Source of the DNA: Raja brachyura
Taxonomy: Eukaryota
Assembly: GCA_963514005.1 (NCBI GenBank)
Contig: OY740821.1
Location: 13,206,001-13,270,000 of the forward strand
Length of the DNA stretch: 64,000 nucleotides
Direction: 5' to 3'
Under the pieces are notes generated by a model that was not told where the DNA came from, did not search any database, and saw only the letters and a list, made by a program, of their open reading frames with translations. Below, piece by piece: positions 27,223-40,405 of the stretch. How positions within the stretch are numbered: the first letter of the stretch is position 1; each line of letters opens with the position of its first letter. Position numbers and translations under genes: made by a program.

Positions 27223-27807
27223 CATGTTCCCGAAATACAGCCAAAACGGTACACGATAGCGCAACAATTTTAGGGGCGCCTTACTCGCCATTCGCCTGCG
27301 GTGTGCAGTAGCAAGTTTCATTATATTTTAAATCACTTTATAAACTTTAATGAACTTTATACTGTGAATGGGACAAGTTTCAACGTGGCAGTCGCACCTG
27401 CGCAGTGCGCTTCCACTTGCCGGGCCCATCAGCCGTGCCTGCGCAGCTGGGGGAAGGGTAGCCCCGCTGGTGGCACACACAGAAGGAATGAAGAGATGGA
27501 ATCTGCACAGCCTTTTCATTGAATTGAGTAATTGCAACATTTTAGCGACTTTGGATCATACCACAGCAGACCTAAAATCCTTCTTGCTAGAATGAAGCTA
27601 TACACAGAACAAAATGCACACAGATCCATTCAAAGTTTGGAAATGGACAACATTGGACTCGAGTATATGATAATAGCAAGTTGAGAGCACCATGGAAGCA
27701 CTATGGGGCAGTTACAACAGCAGGAGCATATTGAAATGAAGACCACTTGCTGATAAAAGAAAAATGCAACTTACTACAACTTCCAGAAACAACTAAGCCT
27801 GTAACAC

Positions 27808-28348
27808 TTGGGTAGCTTACAACCCAGCTGTATGACCTGCGTATGTAGCGTCCAATCCAATGGTATGCACAATAAATTCTCCAATTCCAAGTACTATCTC
27901 CACTACACGTCCCCCGCCCTCCCCGTACATACACATTTATCCCACTCCCACATTCACCCTACTCCATCCCCTCCTTTGCACATTCATCTCCCATCTTCGG
28001 GTCCCACGTTTTCCTTTTATCCCCTCTTTCCCCCCCACTCCAAACAACCCAAGCCTCCGGATTTACATTTCACTCCTTTTCTTTCCACATCTGACACCCT
28101 TTTGTCCCACTTTCATCTCCAGCTGTTGTCACTATCTCCACCCATCTGCCAATCTACCCGCCCACCTGTATCCACCTCTCACTTGGCAGATTTTGTCACA
28201 CCCCCCACTTCTCTCTTCCAGGTTTAGCTCCCTCCACCCACCCTCCCCACTGCACTCCAATCAGTCTGAAGGAGGGGGCCGACCCCAAACGTCAGCTGTG
28301 CATTCTGTCCACAGAAGCTGCCTGACCCGCTGAGTTCCTCCAGCACTT
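27808..28348 (+). mobile_element. Penelope-like 3' fragment (endonuclease C-terminus, pyrimidine-rich UTR, degenerate hammerhead repeat)
   Basis: LGSLQPS...NGMHNKFSNSK resembles the C-terminus of the 38751-39340 element; ends in CAGTCTGAAGGAGGGGGCCGACCCCAAACGTC...GCTGAGTTCCTCCAGCA. Confidence 0.7.
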
Positions 28349-28892
28349 AAAAAAAAAAAATTGAGCCTTTGACACTGCTGTTTATTTGCTCATTGCCTCG
28401 TGTTCTAAAGTGCTTACCAGTAATTATCTGCCTTCAGCTAAGAGGGAATAGGTACGGAGCGTGAATTTTCCCCCAACCACAATAAATAGTGAATACAACA
28501 AGTGAAACAATCTAAAAGAAGATTTGCACAGAGTTTTACTGAAAATGTATATTTTGTTCTGGTCATACAAAGTAGTACAAAACAATGCTGGGAAATTAAA
28601 CATTTCCACCTTTGGTATCTCTTCTCTGCATCAAGCATACATATTGCCAATAAAATTATGACCCCAGTATGGCGCCCCAAATCATCATCACGGTAAATTG
28701 CCGGCTTAAAGATCCCAGTAAGAGGAGCTTAGAAAATGCTAGTGCTTTAAACCTGTACTGCTCAAGAGATGGATAATACGTTTGAAAATGATTTCAGGGA
28801 GAGCAGGTAGGAGGAGGATGGGATGGTGGGGGGAAGAAGGGGGGTAGAGGGGGTGGGGGTGGGGTTACTTTCATGGTTTGAGCTGTGCAGTA

Positions 28893-28997
28893 ATCAGTCT
28901 GAAGAAGGGTCTCGACCCGAAACGTCACCCATTCCTTCTATCCAGAGATGCTGCCTGTCCCGCTGAGTTACTCCAGCATTTTCTATCTATCTTCGAT
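28893..28997 (+). mobile_element. Short Penelope terminal-repeat copy with intact hammerhead core (28899-28926)
   Basis: CAGT CTGAAGA A GGGT CTCG ACCC GAAA CGTC ACCC...GCTGAGTTACTCCAGCATTTT. Confidence 0.8.
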
Positions 28998-31080
28998 GTT
29001 CCTTCCGACACAATCCATTCTTTGACTTGGTAGTAACAAATCAGCTATGAATATGTGTTACTCGAGAAACAGACCATTTCAGAAATAATCCACATATCCA
29101 AAAGAACATTTTTACAGATTAAATTGTTCCGGAGAACTTCGCCAACCACTTCCCTGCTCCCTCCACCAGCATAGTGGCCACCTATCAAAGTTCATCTTTC
29201 AACCAGTTTGAACTAAAGCCTTCATTATAGCAGCATTTAACACCACTCAGTAGTCAGAAAACAGATCTTCAGACACACACTACACTCCTATTTCTTTCAC
29301 CTACTATAAACAGAAGCCGAGCATTCACTATATTAAGTTCAATCTCGAGAGCAATCACGTGACACAATTAGTGCTGTATCTGGACCACAATAACATTTTA
29401 CACAAAATACTTCTTTAATCTTGACTGCTTTCTACCAACACAAAAAACAAGCAACAATTTTTTTTAAATAACCCAGGTTAAAGATAAAACATTACCTGCA
29501 ATTTGAAATTTATTTATCTTTAAAATTCGATGAAGATTCATAATTGGACTTTACAAGCAGCTCGAAGGTCAATGAAATAACAGGGGATTACAATTGTAAC
29601 AGCTAGATTTGAAACAAAAACACAAAAAAGCTGCTTCGTATAATTCACATTGCTTTATAATTGTCCAGGAGAGAATTTATCCAATTTAACTTCAGGGATT
29701 AAATTCACAAATGCATTCAGTTTAAAAAGGAAAAAAAAAAGATTCTAACAGATTCAATCCCGTGGATGAAATGCATCCATGCAATTTATCATTGTGCTGG
29801 AGTCATAAGCCAAACTGACAGAATCAACAGACCATCCCCATAGTACAATTCCCATAATCCTTGGCCTTTCAGTTCTACGAATGCAAAATTAGTCTGAATA
29901 AAAAAACAAAGACTTTCTACTTTATGTATTAAAATATCCAATTCAAAAACTGTCATGGCAACCAGTGAATTTGCCATGGTAGCAGACCACTCTGGTCCAG
30001 TAGTAAATGCCTGCTGAGAACCAACTGGAAGTCTCAAACATAACGAGCAAAAACAAACTGCCATTTAAAATGCAGGTCATATTTTCCATCTATTTCTTTT
30101 TATCTATTTGTTTCTTTCCAATTTTCTCCTTTTGTGTATTTGCTAGGATACGATTCTATTGCTGATGCAGTGCCTTGTCCAGGTGGCTATTCATTTGAGA
30201 GCTTTGACAGGAAGTTAACAGCTTATTTATTCAATATTTTTTTTAAAGATTCAAGAAGAGGCAAGAGGAAAGAAGGGTTCGAACAAAAAAAAATGAATAT
30301 TACAGCTGAGCTCAATTTGCCTTCACCATAAAGGAGCATCCGGCACTGGAATCATGACTGGTTTAGTAATACCCTCCTAATCACAGGAGCACCAAGGCTC
30401 ACATTACGACAGTTACACTCACTGTCATATATATGGCATATTCTGCCAGTAAAATCTGGAACCCTGTGTTTGGTACAGCTTTGGATGACACCCAAGCTGT
30501 GCCCAGATCCATTACTAACTTAGTTGCCAGGTGGGACCCATTATCCTTCACCATTTTAAAACATCTCTCATTTTTGTTTCAGCATTTTGATTTACATTGC
30601 CCAACTTTACCAAGACTGCTCTTAAATCAGCAAGGAGTCCCAAGATCATCTTGGGGATGATTCAGCTGGGCATTTGCATCCCACTCAAGCGCTATCCAAC
30701 AAGGCAGCGCATATCAGAACTTAAAGCTTGCATTATAGTAAAGAGGAAGAGCAACCCCAGGCCGATTCCATGCCAAACTTAGCAATAAGGAGTAGAAGTG
30801 CACCATTGTCCTGTCGAGATCACTCTATCAATCATTAAGATCTTGGCCGATAATGTACCTCCGCGCCATTTTTCAGCATTACCCTCATAAACCTCGATTC
30901 TCCCGATGCCTAGATATCAGACTTCTGTTTTGAATTAACATAATGATCAAGTCCACATAACATTCCTTGGCAGAGAATTCTAAAGTTTCACCACCGTGAG
31001 GGAAGAAATGTTTCGTCTCTATTCGCCAGCTATTCTAAAAAGCTGCCAACCTCAGCCAACCTACTACCACTGCAGGCAAT

Positions 31081-31163
31081 AGACACAAAATGCTGGAGTA
31101 ACTCAGCGGGACAGGCAGCATTTCTGAAGGGAACGGATGTGTGACGTTTCGGGTCGAGACCCT
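31081..31163 (-). mobile_element. Short Penelope terminal-repeat copy, truncated inside the hammerhead
   Basis: AGACACAAAATGCTGGAGTAACTCAGCGGGACAGGCAGCAT...GACGTTTCGGGTCGAGACCCT. Confidence 0.72.
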
Positions 31164-31199
31164 GGCAGCTTCATATGCCCCTTTTAATTTAATACCACC

Positions 31200-32300
31200 C
31201 GCATTCTCAAGTCAGTCTACTGATGAATTACTTGCCCTGTTGTTTTTTTGTGTATTCACTTTTTTTTGAAATGTGCACTATTTCTTTAAAATGCTAATCA
31301 CTGTCTATCCACCGTCATGCCTTTCAACGTGTGTTCTCCCAAAGTACCACAGCCCAACTCTTCTACCCTCATGCCTTCATTGTATTCTTTGTTTAATTTA
31401 AACCCCTAGTTTCACAATGTTTTACATCATTGATCACATTATGGTCACTCTTCCCCAAAGGCCCCTTGACAAAAGTTGTCTAACCATTGATATACACAAA
31501 ATGCTGGAGCAACTCAGAGCGTCAGGCAGCATCTCTGGAGAAAAGGAATAGGTGACGTTCCGAATTGAGACCCTTCAGACTGAATGAAGTCATTAGACTT
31601 CATCACTCATCAACTATCTAACCATTGCATCAAAGGACATCTTAAATAGCTTTTCCCCAGTTGGTACCTCAACATATTTTATCAAAAAAAATCTTAAATA
31701 CATTATAAGAATTAACCTTCCATCTTATTAAAGTAAACTTGATCCAGTTTCTATGTAGGTTAAAGTATCCCACAATTAAAGTATTATTCTTGTTAAACAC
31801 ATTTCCAGATTCATGACATGACCAACATTACAACCATTTTGTGGTCAATAAATAACTCCTTCCAATGCTTTTCTGCCTTCTGTTATTTCACCACTCAATC
31901 CAAATTGATTCCAATCGTACAACATAATGATCTGTTTTGTCAAGATCATTTCACACCACTGCACTAATCACTTCCCTTATTAGTGCTGGATCACTCCTTT
32001 CCTCTTTTTGCCTGCCCTTCCACAAAGTCAAATCCTCTGGACTAATTTTTTCCAGTTTTGGTCACTCTGGAACCACGTTTCTATAATGGCAACAGGATCA
32101 TACCAACATTTGTACCTCATCGCAAATGCTGCAAACATTCAGATGCCATGTATTTTCTGTACTTTAACCCCTTTGTTGTTCAACTTCGTTTTCACCATCT
32201 ATTTATTTCACCATTTATGACATCCTCTTCCTACTCGCTCACCGACCCAAATCCCCTTTGAGGTTCCCATCCCCCTGCCAAACTGGTTTAAATAGCACTA
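31200..32300 (-). mobile_element. Decayed CR1-like LINE fragment
   Basis: Minus-strand remnants resembling the CR1 endonuclease region; ends in GGTTCCCATCCCCCTGCCAAACTGGTTTAAA, typical of the CR1 ORF1/ORF2 junction. Boundaries approximate. Confidence 0.45.
31490..31616 (-). mobile_element. Short Penelope terminal-repeat copy
   Basis: Family sequence at 31493-31582; TSD TCTAACCATTG (31479-31489, 31617-31627). Confidence 0.7.
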
Positions 32301-33294
32301 GTAAACCAAGATGATTTTAGTTCTGCTGCATGGTAGTAAATTGGAAAATGCAACTTCAATTAATTTATTTGAATATGTGCACTTAACTCTGGAAATTCAA
32401 CATCTCAAATAATATTTGAGCAAAGAAACTAGAATTAATTTTATATGGAACTAACATGCAAGAGCACTTTCTTGTACGTTGGTCTGGTATAAAATTAGGT
32501 TTGAGACATTGAAAGGATACTTCTTCTACCACAACCTCCCCCTCCCCCATGCAGATATATATTTGTTTTGTTGTTATTTTGTAAAAGGGTCTAATTATTG
32601 TTTCCCATATGTTGGACCATGCAAGGATCAAGATGCATTCCTCGCAGTGTCTTGTCCTAGCACGCCTGAAATTAGTGTTCAGAATTTCAACCACAATCAC
32701 GTTATTGAACTGTTACACACACTCGCTCCCCTCAAAATTATGAGCACTATCATATTCTGGCTTTCTGAATTGAATTCAATGGTCAGTTAATTTAAGGCCT
32801 ATGTAGGGCTTGAACGCCCATGTTTGGCTTACACTTCCGTGCAGCACAAAGGAGATGCTGCAGAGCCAGAGGAAAAAGTCTTTGGATAATCTGCAGAATT
32901 GCGATGGTCATCATGATTATACGCTAAGCATTGAAAAGCAAGAAGTTCACCATGAACCTCAGTTAGCTTTCTTAGTAATAGCAGCTTAATTGATCATTTG
33001 TTGCACTGCAGATTGTCAGCTCTCACTTTGTGTAACCCACTTCATCAGTTGCCTGCGTAAGCAGTCAAGGCACTTCAAAGAGATTTCCAAGAAATGTTAA
33101 AACGTTACATGATTGTTTTTTGTTCTTTTGTCTTCCTTGGTGTGTATAACGTTGTTTTGCATGTTAAGATTATCAACAGCAAGTAGCAAGCACTATTTGC
33201 AAGTAATTTCACTTGGAGTTGGGGAATTTGTAAAATGGGATTTAAAAAAAAACTGGTCCAAGCCAACTGTAACCAAAAGTAGTAAAATGGAGGC

Positions 33295-33436
33295 AGGCAA
33301 ATGGACTGAAGAAGGGTCTCGACCCGAAAACCTCACCCATTCTTTCTCTCCAAAGATGCTGCCTGTCCCGCTGAGTTACTCCAGCGTTTTGTCTACCTTC
33401 AATTTAGACCAGCATCTGCAGTTCTTTTCTACACAT
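33295..33436 (+). mobile_element. Short Penelope terminal-repeat copy
   Basis: CTGAAGAAGGGTCTCGACCCGAAAACCTC plus full tail; 12-bp TSD TAAAATGGAGGC (33283-33294, 33437-33448). Confidence 0.78.
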
Positions 33437-36299
33437 TAAAATGGAGGCTTCAGCAAGCATTAAAAACAGAACAGCTCTTTTGTTATATATAGATAGGAAG
33501 TCTAAATTTATGAACTTTGCATTCAGCCCCGAACGAGTGCTGCCTTGTCTTGCACCTTGCTGCAGAAGAATGATAATCTTGATTTAATTTAATTGTGTAG
33601 AATAATCTTCAAACATTTTTCAGTCAAAACCACCTCAAAAATGCTGTTAAAATGCTATTTACATTAGCTAAATACGTCAGGAATATTACAGTCAGTAACA
33701 ACCTATTCATATAGTGAAAGGCTTTTATTATGAAAATATTTAACAAAGTGCATTTCCCTTCCGAAGGGCTATATCTATTCAAATTGACAACATGAAAAAG
33801 GTCAACATTTTGAAAAGCCAGTTGCGGAATCTTGGATTCCCAAGCAATTGTGGTCATTTGAACAGCGCTGAATGCATCTGGTGGCTCGGTATTTGGGAGT
33901 TTGTAGTACTCCAGCCAACCTATATGGATGAGAGGAAAAGAAGAAGCATGCAAAATTGAAGAGGCTTGCAATTTTCTGGGTTGTCCGCCAGGGAAAGGTG
34001 CAGTCTGAAAGATTTTTAATATGCATCTCTAATGGCACCAACATTTATCCGGTGAATGGATAAGATAAACCCAACCAGGTTGTCACAGTTCAGTTTCAGA
34101 TCTGTGCTGAACAGAACAGCAGCTGTCAACTACAACTGGCTGGGTTGGAGAAATAGGTTGTTGTTCCCAATCCCCCATCCAGTGATCCCTGCTGGAAGTA
34201 CACAAGCATCAGGGGAGAACTCAATCAGGAATAACAGAGGAAAGCCTCCCCTGTGGTCGGGCTGCCTTTCATATGTGTTGTTGTCTTAAATGGGTACTTT
34301 GATCAAGCACTAAGGGCAATCAGTGACAAAGAGACAGAACCACAACAAAAAAGCCAACACCTTTTCAAGAAGGCAAGGGAAAAAAAATCAGCTCGAGGAG
34401 AAAGGATTTCTCAGTTCCACGAGGACATGTGCTCAGTTTTTTTCATTTCCAAGCCCAGCGGTGCACTACGACTGTACATACAACTTAAAATATATTTTAA
34501 AGACTGCAAGCAGCATGCAACTATGAAAGCACTAACGACACATTAAATTACAAGATTATACAGACGACAATGCATTGCACAAATTGTTCAACAAAATTAT
34601 GCTGAGAGCAAATTATACTTTTTAACCGCTCTTAGGAAGTTTGCTGATTTGCTTGTCATTTCTCGCACAATGTTTCCTGAAACACCGTGGCATTTAATCA
34701 AGAAATATCAGGAAAACAAGCTAGAAAATATAACATGAGAGTCCCGAGTCCCACAACAAACATTCTTCCTTTCACTCAATTATAATGATGCTGGCAATGT
34801 CCAATGCAAGCTGCGGACCCCATAAGTCTGTCCACTTGGTTAAATCCTTTCAGCTCCTTTATGAAGGAACCCTTTACAGATCATTTCAATTTTGACAAAT
34901 CAGATCAGAAACAATCCGCAAGAATTCCATAAAATTGGAACAGAACCAAAAAGCTGCCTGCAGTGCACCTCAAACTTATTTTGTGCATCTCCTCGTAATA
35001 AATTCCTCAGCTCAGAAAATGAGACTGCTGACCACTTAATGGAGCGACCCAAGTATACAATTCAATTCCTTCATCTGAACAAATTAGTGTTTCCATTTGT
35101 CTGCATTGATCAAAGATAAACACATTTAACTGCCTATGCTTCTAACTCTTCTTAAACAGAAATGAGCAAGAACAATAAAAAAAACCTTCAATTCTCTCAT
35201 GTCTTTCATAGCCACAAGATAACCCAAAGTGTTCTGCACCCCAAGAAATATTTTTGAAGCATATCATCGTTTGAAAGCCAAAGGGTATGTATGGGGTAAT
35301 AGATCAGCAGTATATAGGGTCAAATGGGTTAAACAAAAAAAAGGGGTCTTTATGTAGGTGCATGGAGGATTCATAACATGATAGACAAGTTTGCAGCAAA
35401 AATAGAGATAAAATGGGATTGATCTCTTGGCCTTTATAGAGACATAACTTCAAGGTGGACAACCCTGTAAATTGAATGTTTCAGGGTACTTGATCTCTTT
35501 GAAAACTAGGCAGAATGGAAATGGAGGGGGGCGGGGGGGGGGGGGGGGAAAGAGATGAAAAATGAAAGAGATAGCAACTCTGATAATTACAAATAGCATG
35601 AGGGTAGGGAGATACGCACCTCAGCTAAAGATTGGAGCAACACGAAAAGACAATTAAAAAATACTAGTGAGGAGTCTAGAGATTCCTTGACAGAAACAGC
35701 ACTGATGGACATGGCTTCAATCATGAAATAATAGGAACTGTAATAAAAGTTGTGTAATGACCATTAGAAATCTGAAAATCAGAATGGTACAGCACAAGAA
35801 CAGGACCTTTGACCTGTGCCAAACATGATGCCAAGACCATCTGTTATCTACCTGCACCTAATGCATACCCCTGCATATCCATAAGCCTCTTAAATGCCTC
35901 GATCATATCTAAACTCTTCGGAGACGGCACAAATCAAATTGACAAAGGTGATATTGAGGATGGGTTCATGAAATGCATTTCAGTGTCCCACAGTAATACT
36001 GGATGCATTGATGAGCAAAACACTGCAGGATGTTGGAAATCGGATACAGAAAATGCTGAAAATCAGAAACAGAAGGTGCTGGAAATGCTCAGCATATTAA
36101 GTAGCTTCTGTGGGGAAAGAAACAGTTAATGTTTCAGCTCAATGACCTTTCAAAGAGTATAGATACAATGTGTGGAATGGGACCACACCTCACCAAGGAA
36201 TCCGACCAATGCTTATCGACCTGAAATGTAAACTGTGCTTCTATTTCCAGTCGATGTATTGGCTGCCATTTTCCAAAATCATAGATTCTGGAAAGGTCC

Positions 36300-37625
36300 C
36301 AGCAGACTAAGAATAGAACAGCAAACATGACATGGCTGTAGAAGAAAGGGAGGAGAAAACAGGAACTTGCCTGGTGCCTAGCCATCATGGCTATTAAATG
36401 CATTGAAGACTGAGAAAGATTTTTGTACTACAAGTGAAATCAAGGGTTGTGGGCAAAATGCTAGAAGTATTAAGGAAATGATAACTGAGCATGTAGAAGA
36501 ACACAGTGTAATTATAGAGAAAGAATATTGTTTTATGAATCTAAGAAACATATAAGCAGGGCCAACAGTGGGGAAAACGGTGGATGTGGAGTTTTTGGAT
36601 TCCTAAAACATCACTAGCTGAGCAGACACCCGACCTCAGCATGGTGGAGGATGGCCTATCAGTTTGCAATGGCACTATAAAAATATCATTTTTGACATGG
36701 TACGCTGTGGGGTTCCCCAAGTGTCAAGGCTCAGCTATCAATCTATTACAATGACTTCGCTAATGGGACAAGGTGGAATACATTTATGTGCGCTAACAGT
36801 ACTCGGGTTGGAAAGAGCAGATAAAAATAACTGACGGGAGAAACACAAGACTGCAGATGTTGGAATCTTGTGTTTTAAAAAACTGGTGAAGAAGAATCCT
36901 GACCAGAAATGTCATGTGTCCATTTCCCTCCATAGATGCTGCCTGGCCCACTGAGTACCTCCTGCAGTTCTTTTTTAAATCTACAAAGGGATATAGGGAG
37001 ATTAAGTGAGTGGAAAATAATTTTGTGAAATACAAAGTCACCAACTGGGACAAAGATGAGAAGGCTGAATATTATTTCACAACATGAGATGATTAGATAT
37101 TGGTGTTTGGCGAGATCTGGGTGTCCTCGTACAACAAACACAGATAGCACCCCTCTGAAAAAGAAAGACATTGGTCTTCATGTCAGGGTGGACGGGGTAC
37201 AAGAGCAGGAGTTTTTTTTTAAACACCTCAACAGGACTTTGGTGAAGCATTGTTTTTGGTCTTTATAAAATACATTTGCTTTGAGGGCAGTGATTCCTAG
37301 GGTGGAAGGATAACAAAGGTAGTACACCCTGGGCCAACCCACTGGGTATTCAGAAGAATCAATGATCTCATTGAAAGGTGCGAGTATCTAAGGGAGCTTA
37401 AGGCTGCAGATACTGTGAGGATATTTCCTCTAGTGGGTGGGTGCAGTCTCACATAAAGGGTCAGTCACTTGATTGAAATGCAGAGGAATTTCTTCTCATT
37501 AAGGCCGTGTATCATTTCCCCAGAGAGTTGTGAATATTAAGTTATTACATGCATTTAAGCGTTATGGGAATATGGCAGAAAAAAAATAAAGATCAGATGA
37601 GCACCAATCTTATTGAACAACAGAT
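36300..37625 (+). mobile_element. Ancient decayed CR1-like LINE RT region, interrupted by a Penelope repeat near 36840-36980
   Basis: Remnants of RT motifs: GTGGATGTGGAGTTTTTGGATT (VDV..LDF), GGGGTTCCCCAA (GVPQ), CAATGACTT (NDL); many stops and frameshifts. Confidence 0.55.
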
Positions 37626-38750
37626 GATCTGCGCCGGTTCCTATTTTCCACTTACGACAAGTTCTCATAAACAACCATATAACAATGACCAGATAGCCCT
37701 TTTAAAAAAAACACAGAAAAGCATTAGTTAGGACCAGAGGTCTGTTCGGTTACAAAATTAAACCCAAATGCATTTTCTTCCTTCTAAATCCAACCATCAC
37801 CAAATGTCTGCCATCACCAAATGCTTTCTTCTTGCTGAATTAGCAACAACTACACGAATGTGAGATGTGCCACACTCTGATGGACTAGTCATTCGTAAAG
37901 AAACTTGCTTAAAGGTTTCAGCCAATGCTGTTTTAAAACAAAAAGAGGCTACATAATGGATGGACTGTGTTGCTGCTGCAAACAAGATTGTTATTGTACC
38001 TCACCGTACATTGTGCAAGCGACAACAAAACTGACTCGGCACAAAGTGTGGCACAACTGTTTGTTATCAAGTATGCTCAAACGCAACTTTAAGCTAATCA
38101 GGAATAATTCTTAATATCTTTAGAGGGAATAGATAATTGAGAATAACTGAAGCACCAATGCCATTATTCGTAACTCAAAATAAAACAAGCAGCAACTCAA
38201 ATGTTGCCATCACTGCAAGAAAGCCTGCGATTTATATCTCCATTGTATGAGCATTTGAACGGAGACTTAAATGGACCAGGGGCATATGGAAGGAACGAAC
38301 TATAGCAGCTACATAATTTAATGGAAGCAGAAATGAGTATAAAAGTCGTGGATGGCAAAGAAATCTGTCCATGGCAGTCCAGGGTTACTCATTAGCCAAC
38401 TTAGGAAATATGCCAATTTCTGAAATTTTGACCCCCACAGTAATACCACCCTTTAGAAAAGGTGACAATTTTAACCAAGCATTTCACAAAACTTAATTTC
38501 TCAGAATGATAGTAGCTTTCATGTCTGCCCAGGGACTATCGTCTGACAAAGTACTATTTTGCGGAGTCAATTCAAATTTGCTGCTTTCTTCCTTGCTCAC
38601 CCAGCTTCCCCACAAACGGATGGACTTCCCCCTCCGACAAGCATGATCACCCTGTGCTACTGGCAAAAAACACAATTCAGCACACAGACTTAACTCAGCC
38701 CATCTCACTGAATGTGCAGGAAACAAAGACACAACACAATGCTTTTTGCT

Positions 38751-39340
38751 TAAGAAGGAACTGCAGATGCTGGAAAATCAAAAGGTAGACAAAAGTGCTG
38801 GAGAAATTCAGGGGGTGAGGCAGCATCTATGGAGCGAAGGAAATAGGCAACGTTCGGGCCAAAACCCTTCTTCAGACTGATGTGAGCGTGGGAAGAAGAA
38901 AGGATGAGGTGGAGACAGTGGGCTGAGGGAGAGCTGAGAAGGGGAGGAGAAAGTAAGGACTACCTGAAATTAGAGAAGTCAATGTTCATACCGCTGGGGT
39001 GCAAACTGCCCAAAGCGAAATATGAGGTGCTGCTTCTCCAATTTACGGTGGTCCTCACTCTGGCCATGGTGGAGGCAGAGGACAGAAAGGTCGGATTCGG
39101 AATGGGAGTTGAAGTGCTGAGCCACCGGGAGATCAGGTTGGTTAATGAGGACAGAGCGGAGGTGTTCGGCGAAGCGATCGCTAAGCCTACGCTTGGTCTC
39201 ACCGATGTTGAGCAGCTGACATCTAGAGCAGCGGATGCAATAGATGAGGTTGGAGGAGGTGTAGGTGAACCTCTGCCACACCTGAAAGACTGCTTGGGTC
39301 TTTGAATGGAGTCAAGGGGGGAGGTATAGCGACAAGTGTA
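38751..39340 (-). mobile_element. 5'-truncated Penelope-like retroelement: GIY-YIG endonuclease fragment, 3' UTR and terminal repeat with hammerhead-like core
   Basis: ORFs 38979..39281 and 38960..39388 give SNLIYCIRCSRCQLLNIGETKRRLSDRFAEHLRSV...HFNS...(frameshift)LGSLHPSGMNIDFSNFR, a GIY-YIG domain of Penelope type. Flanked by an exact 10-bp TSD GCTTTTTGCT (38741-38750, 39341-39350). Confidence 0.88.
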
Positions 39341-39633
39341 GCTTTTTGCTCCACTTTTTACAGGGACGTTGATCCAGCTTCCCCGCAATCAGATGGACTT
39401 TCCCCTCCTACAACCACGAGCACTCCATGTTACTGGCATAATTCAGCAGATGGACTCGGCCCATCTCGCTGAAATTGTGGAAAACAAAGAGACTTAATTT
39501 ACAAGCAAACAACAGCACTAAGGTTATCGACCCTGAAGGAACTCAATGCTTTGGAGTCTGCAGGAATTGAAGGTTGATGTCCATAGACTATGTTGGGAGC
39601 AAAACTCAAAAGACAGACAGACATGACTTATGC

Positions 39634-39766
39634 TTAAGAAAGAACTGCAGATGCTGGGAAAAAAAAAATCAAAGGTAGACAAAAAAGCTGGAGAAACTCA
39701 GCGGGTGAGGCAGCATAGATGCTGCCTCACCCGCTGAGTTTCGCCAGCGTTTTTGTCTACCTTCGT
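39634..39766. mobile_element. Palindromic Penelope terminal-repeat insertion (45-bp arms, 2-nt spacer)
   Basis: Arms 39672-39716 and 39719-39763 are reverse complements with 2 mismatches; 12-bp TSD CATGACTTATGC (39622-39633, 39767-39778). Confidence 0.85.
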
Positions 39767-40405
39767 CATGACTTATGCAGTGCTTTTCACAACCCCAGGC
39801 TACCCAAAAGCATTGTGGTCAGTGAAGCTCTCCTCTGAAGTATAGCCACAATTGTAACGTAGGAAGCACAGATGCCAACAGGCTCCCACAAACGGCAATG
39901 TGAGAATGGCCAGATAATCTGCTGGGAGATAGGCTTAGACAAAGTCAGGCCAAACTTGACAATATTGCAAGCTGGGTCCTAACTTGCTTCAGAGAGGTAC
40001 GTGCGACACGGATCAACCCTCAAGTAAATGACTGAACGCATCATTCCAGCAAGGTATACAAAACAAAACTCGAGTCCCACAATCTCATCATCAAATCCAT
40101 CACCTCATAATCATCAAAAACATATTTTACTCCAGGGCAAGTTGAGAATCAATTACAGTTATCACTCTTTTATCTTCCGTTTCTCATTTTTCAGGGTTAC
40201 CTTTACAATGGACGAACATCCCAAAGATCTGTGGTTGTTAGGTGGTTTAAAGGAGAATTGAGGTGTTGTGTGGGATGAGGAAAGAGTGGGTAGTTGATCA
40301 GTACATGAGAGAATCGATTATAGGATTGCTCCGAGACCAGCATAGACTCGATAGACTGAATAGCCTCCCATCTCAGAAGGAAACATGAAAAATCGTAAAG
40401 GAATC

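Noticed and set aside
27860-28333. Pro/Ser/His-rich ORFs of 139-157 aa
   Set aside because: Translation of the pyrimidine-rich Penelope 3' UTR, not a gene.
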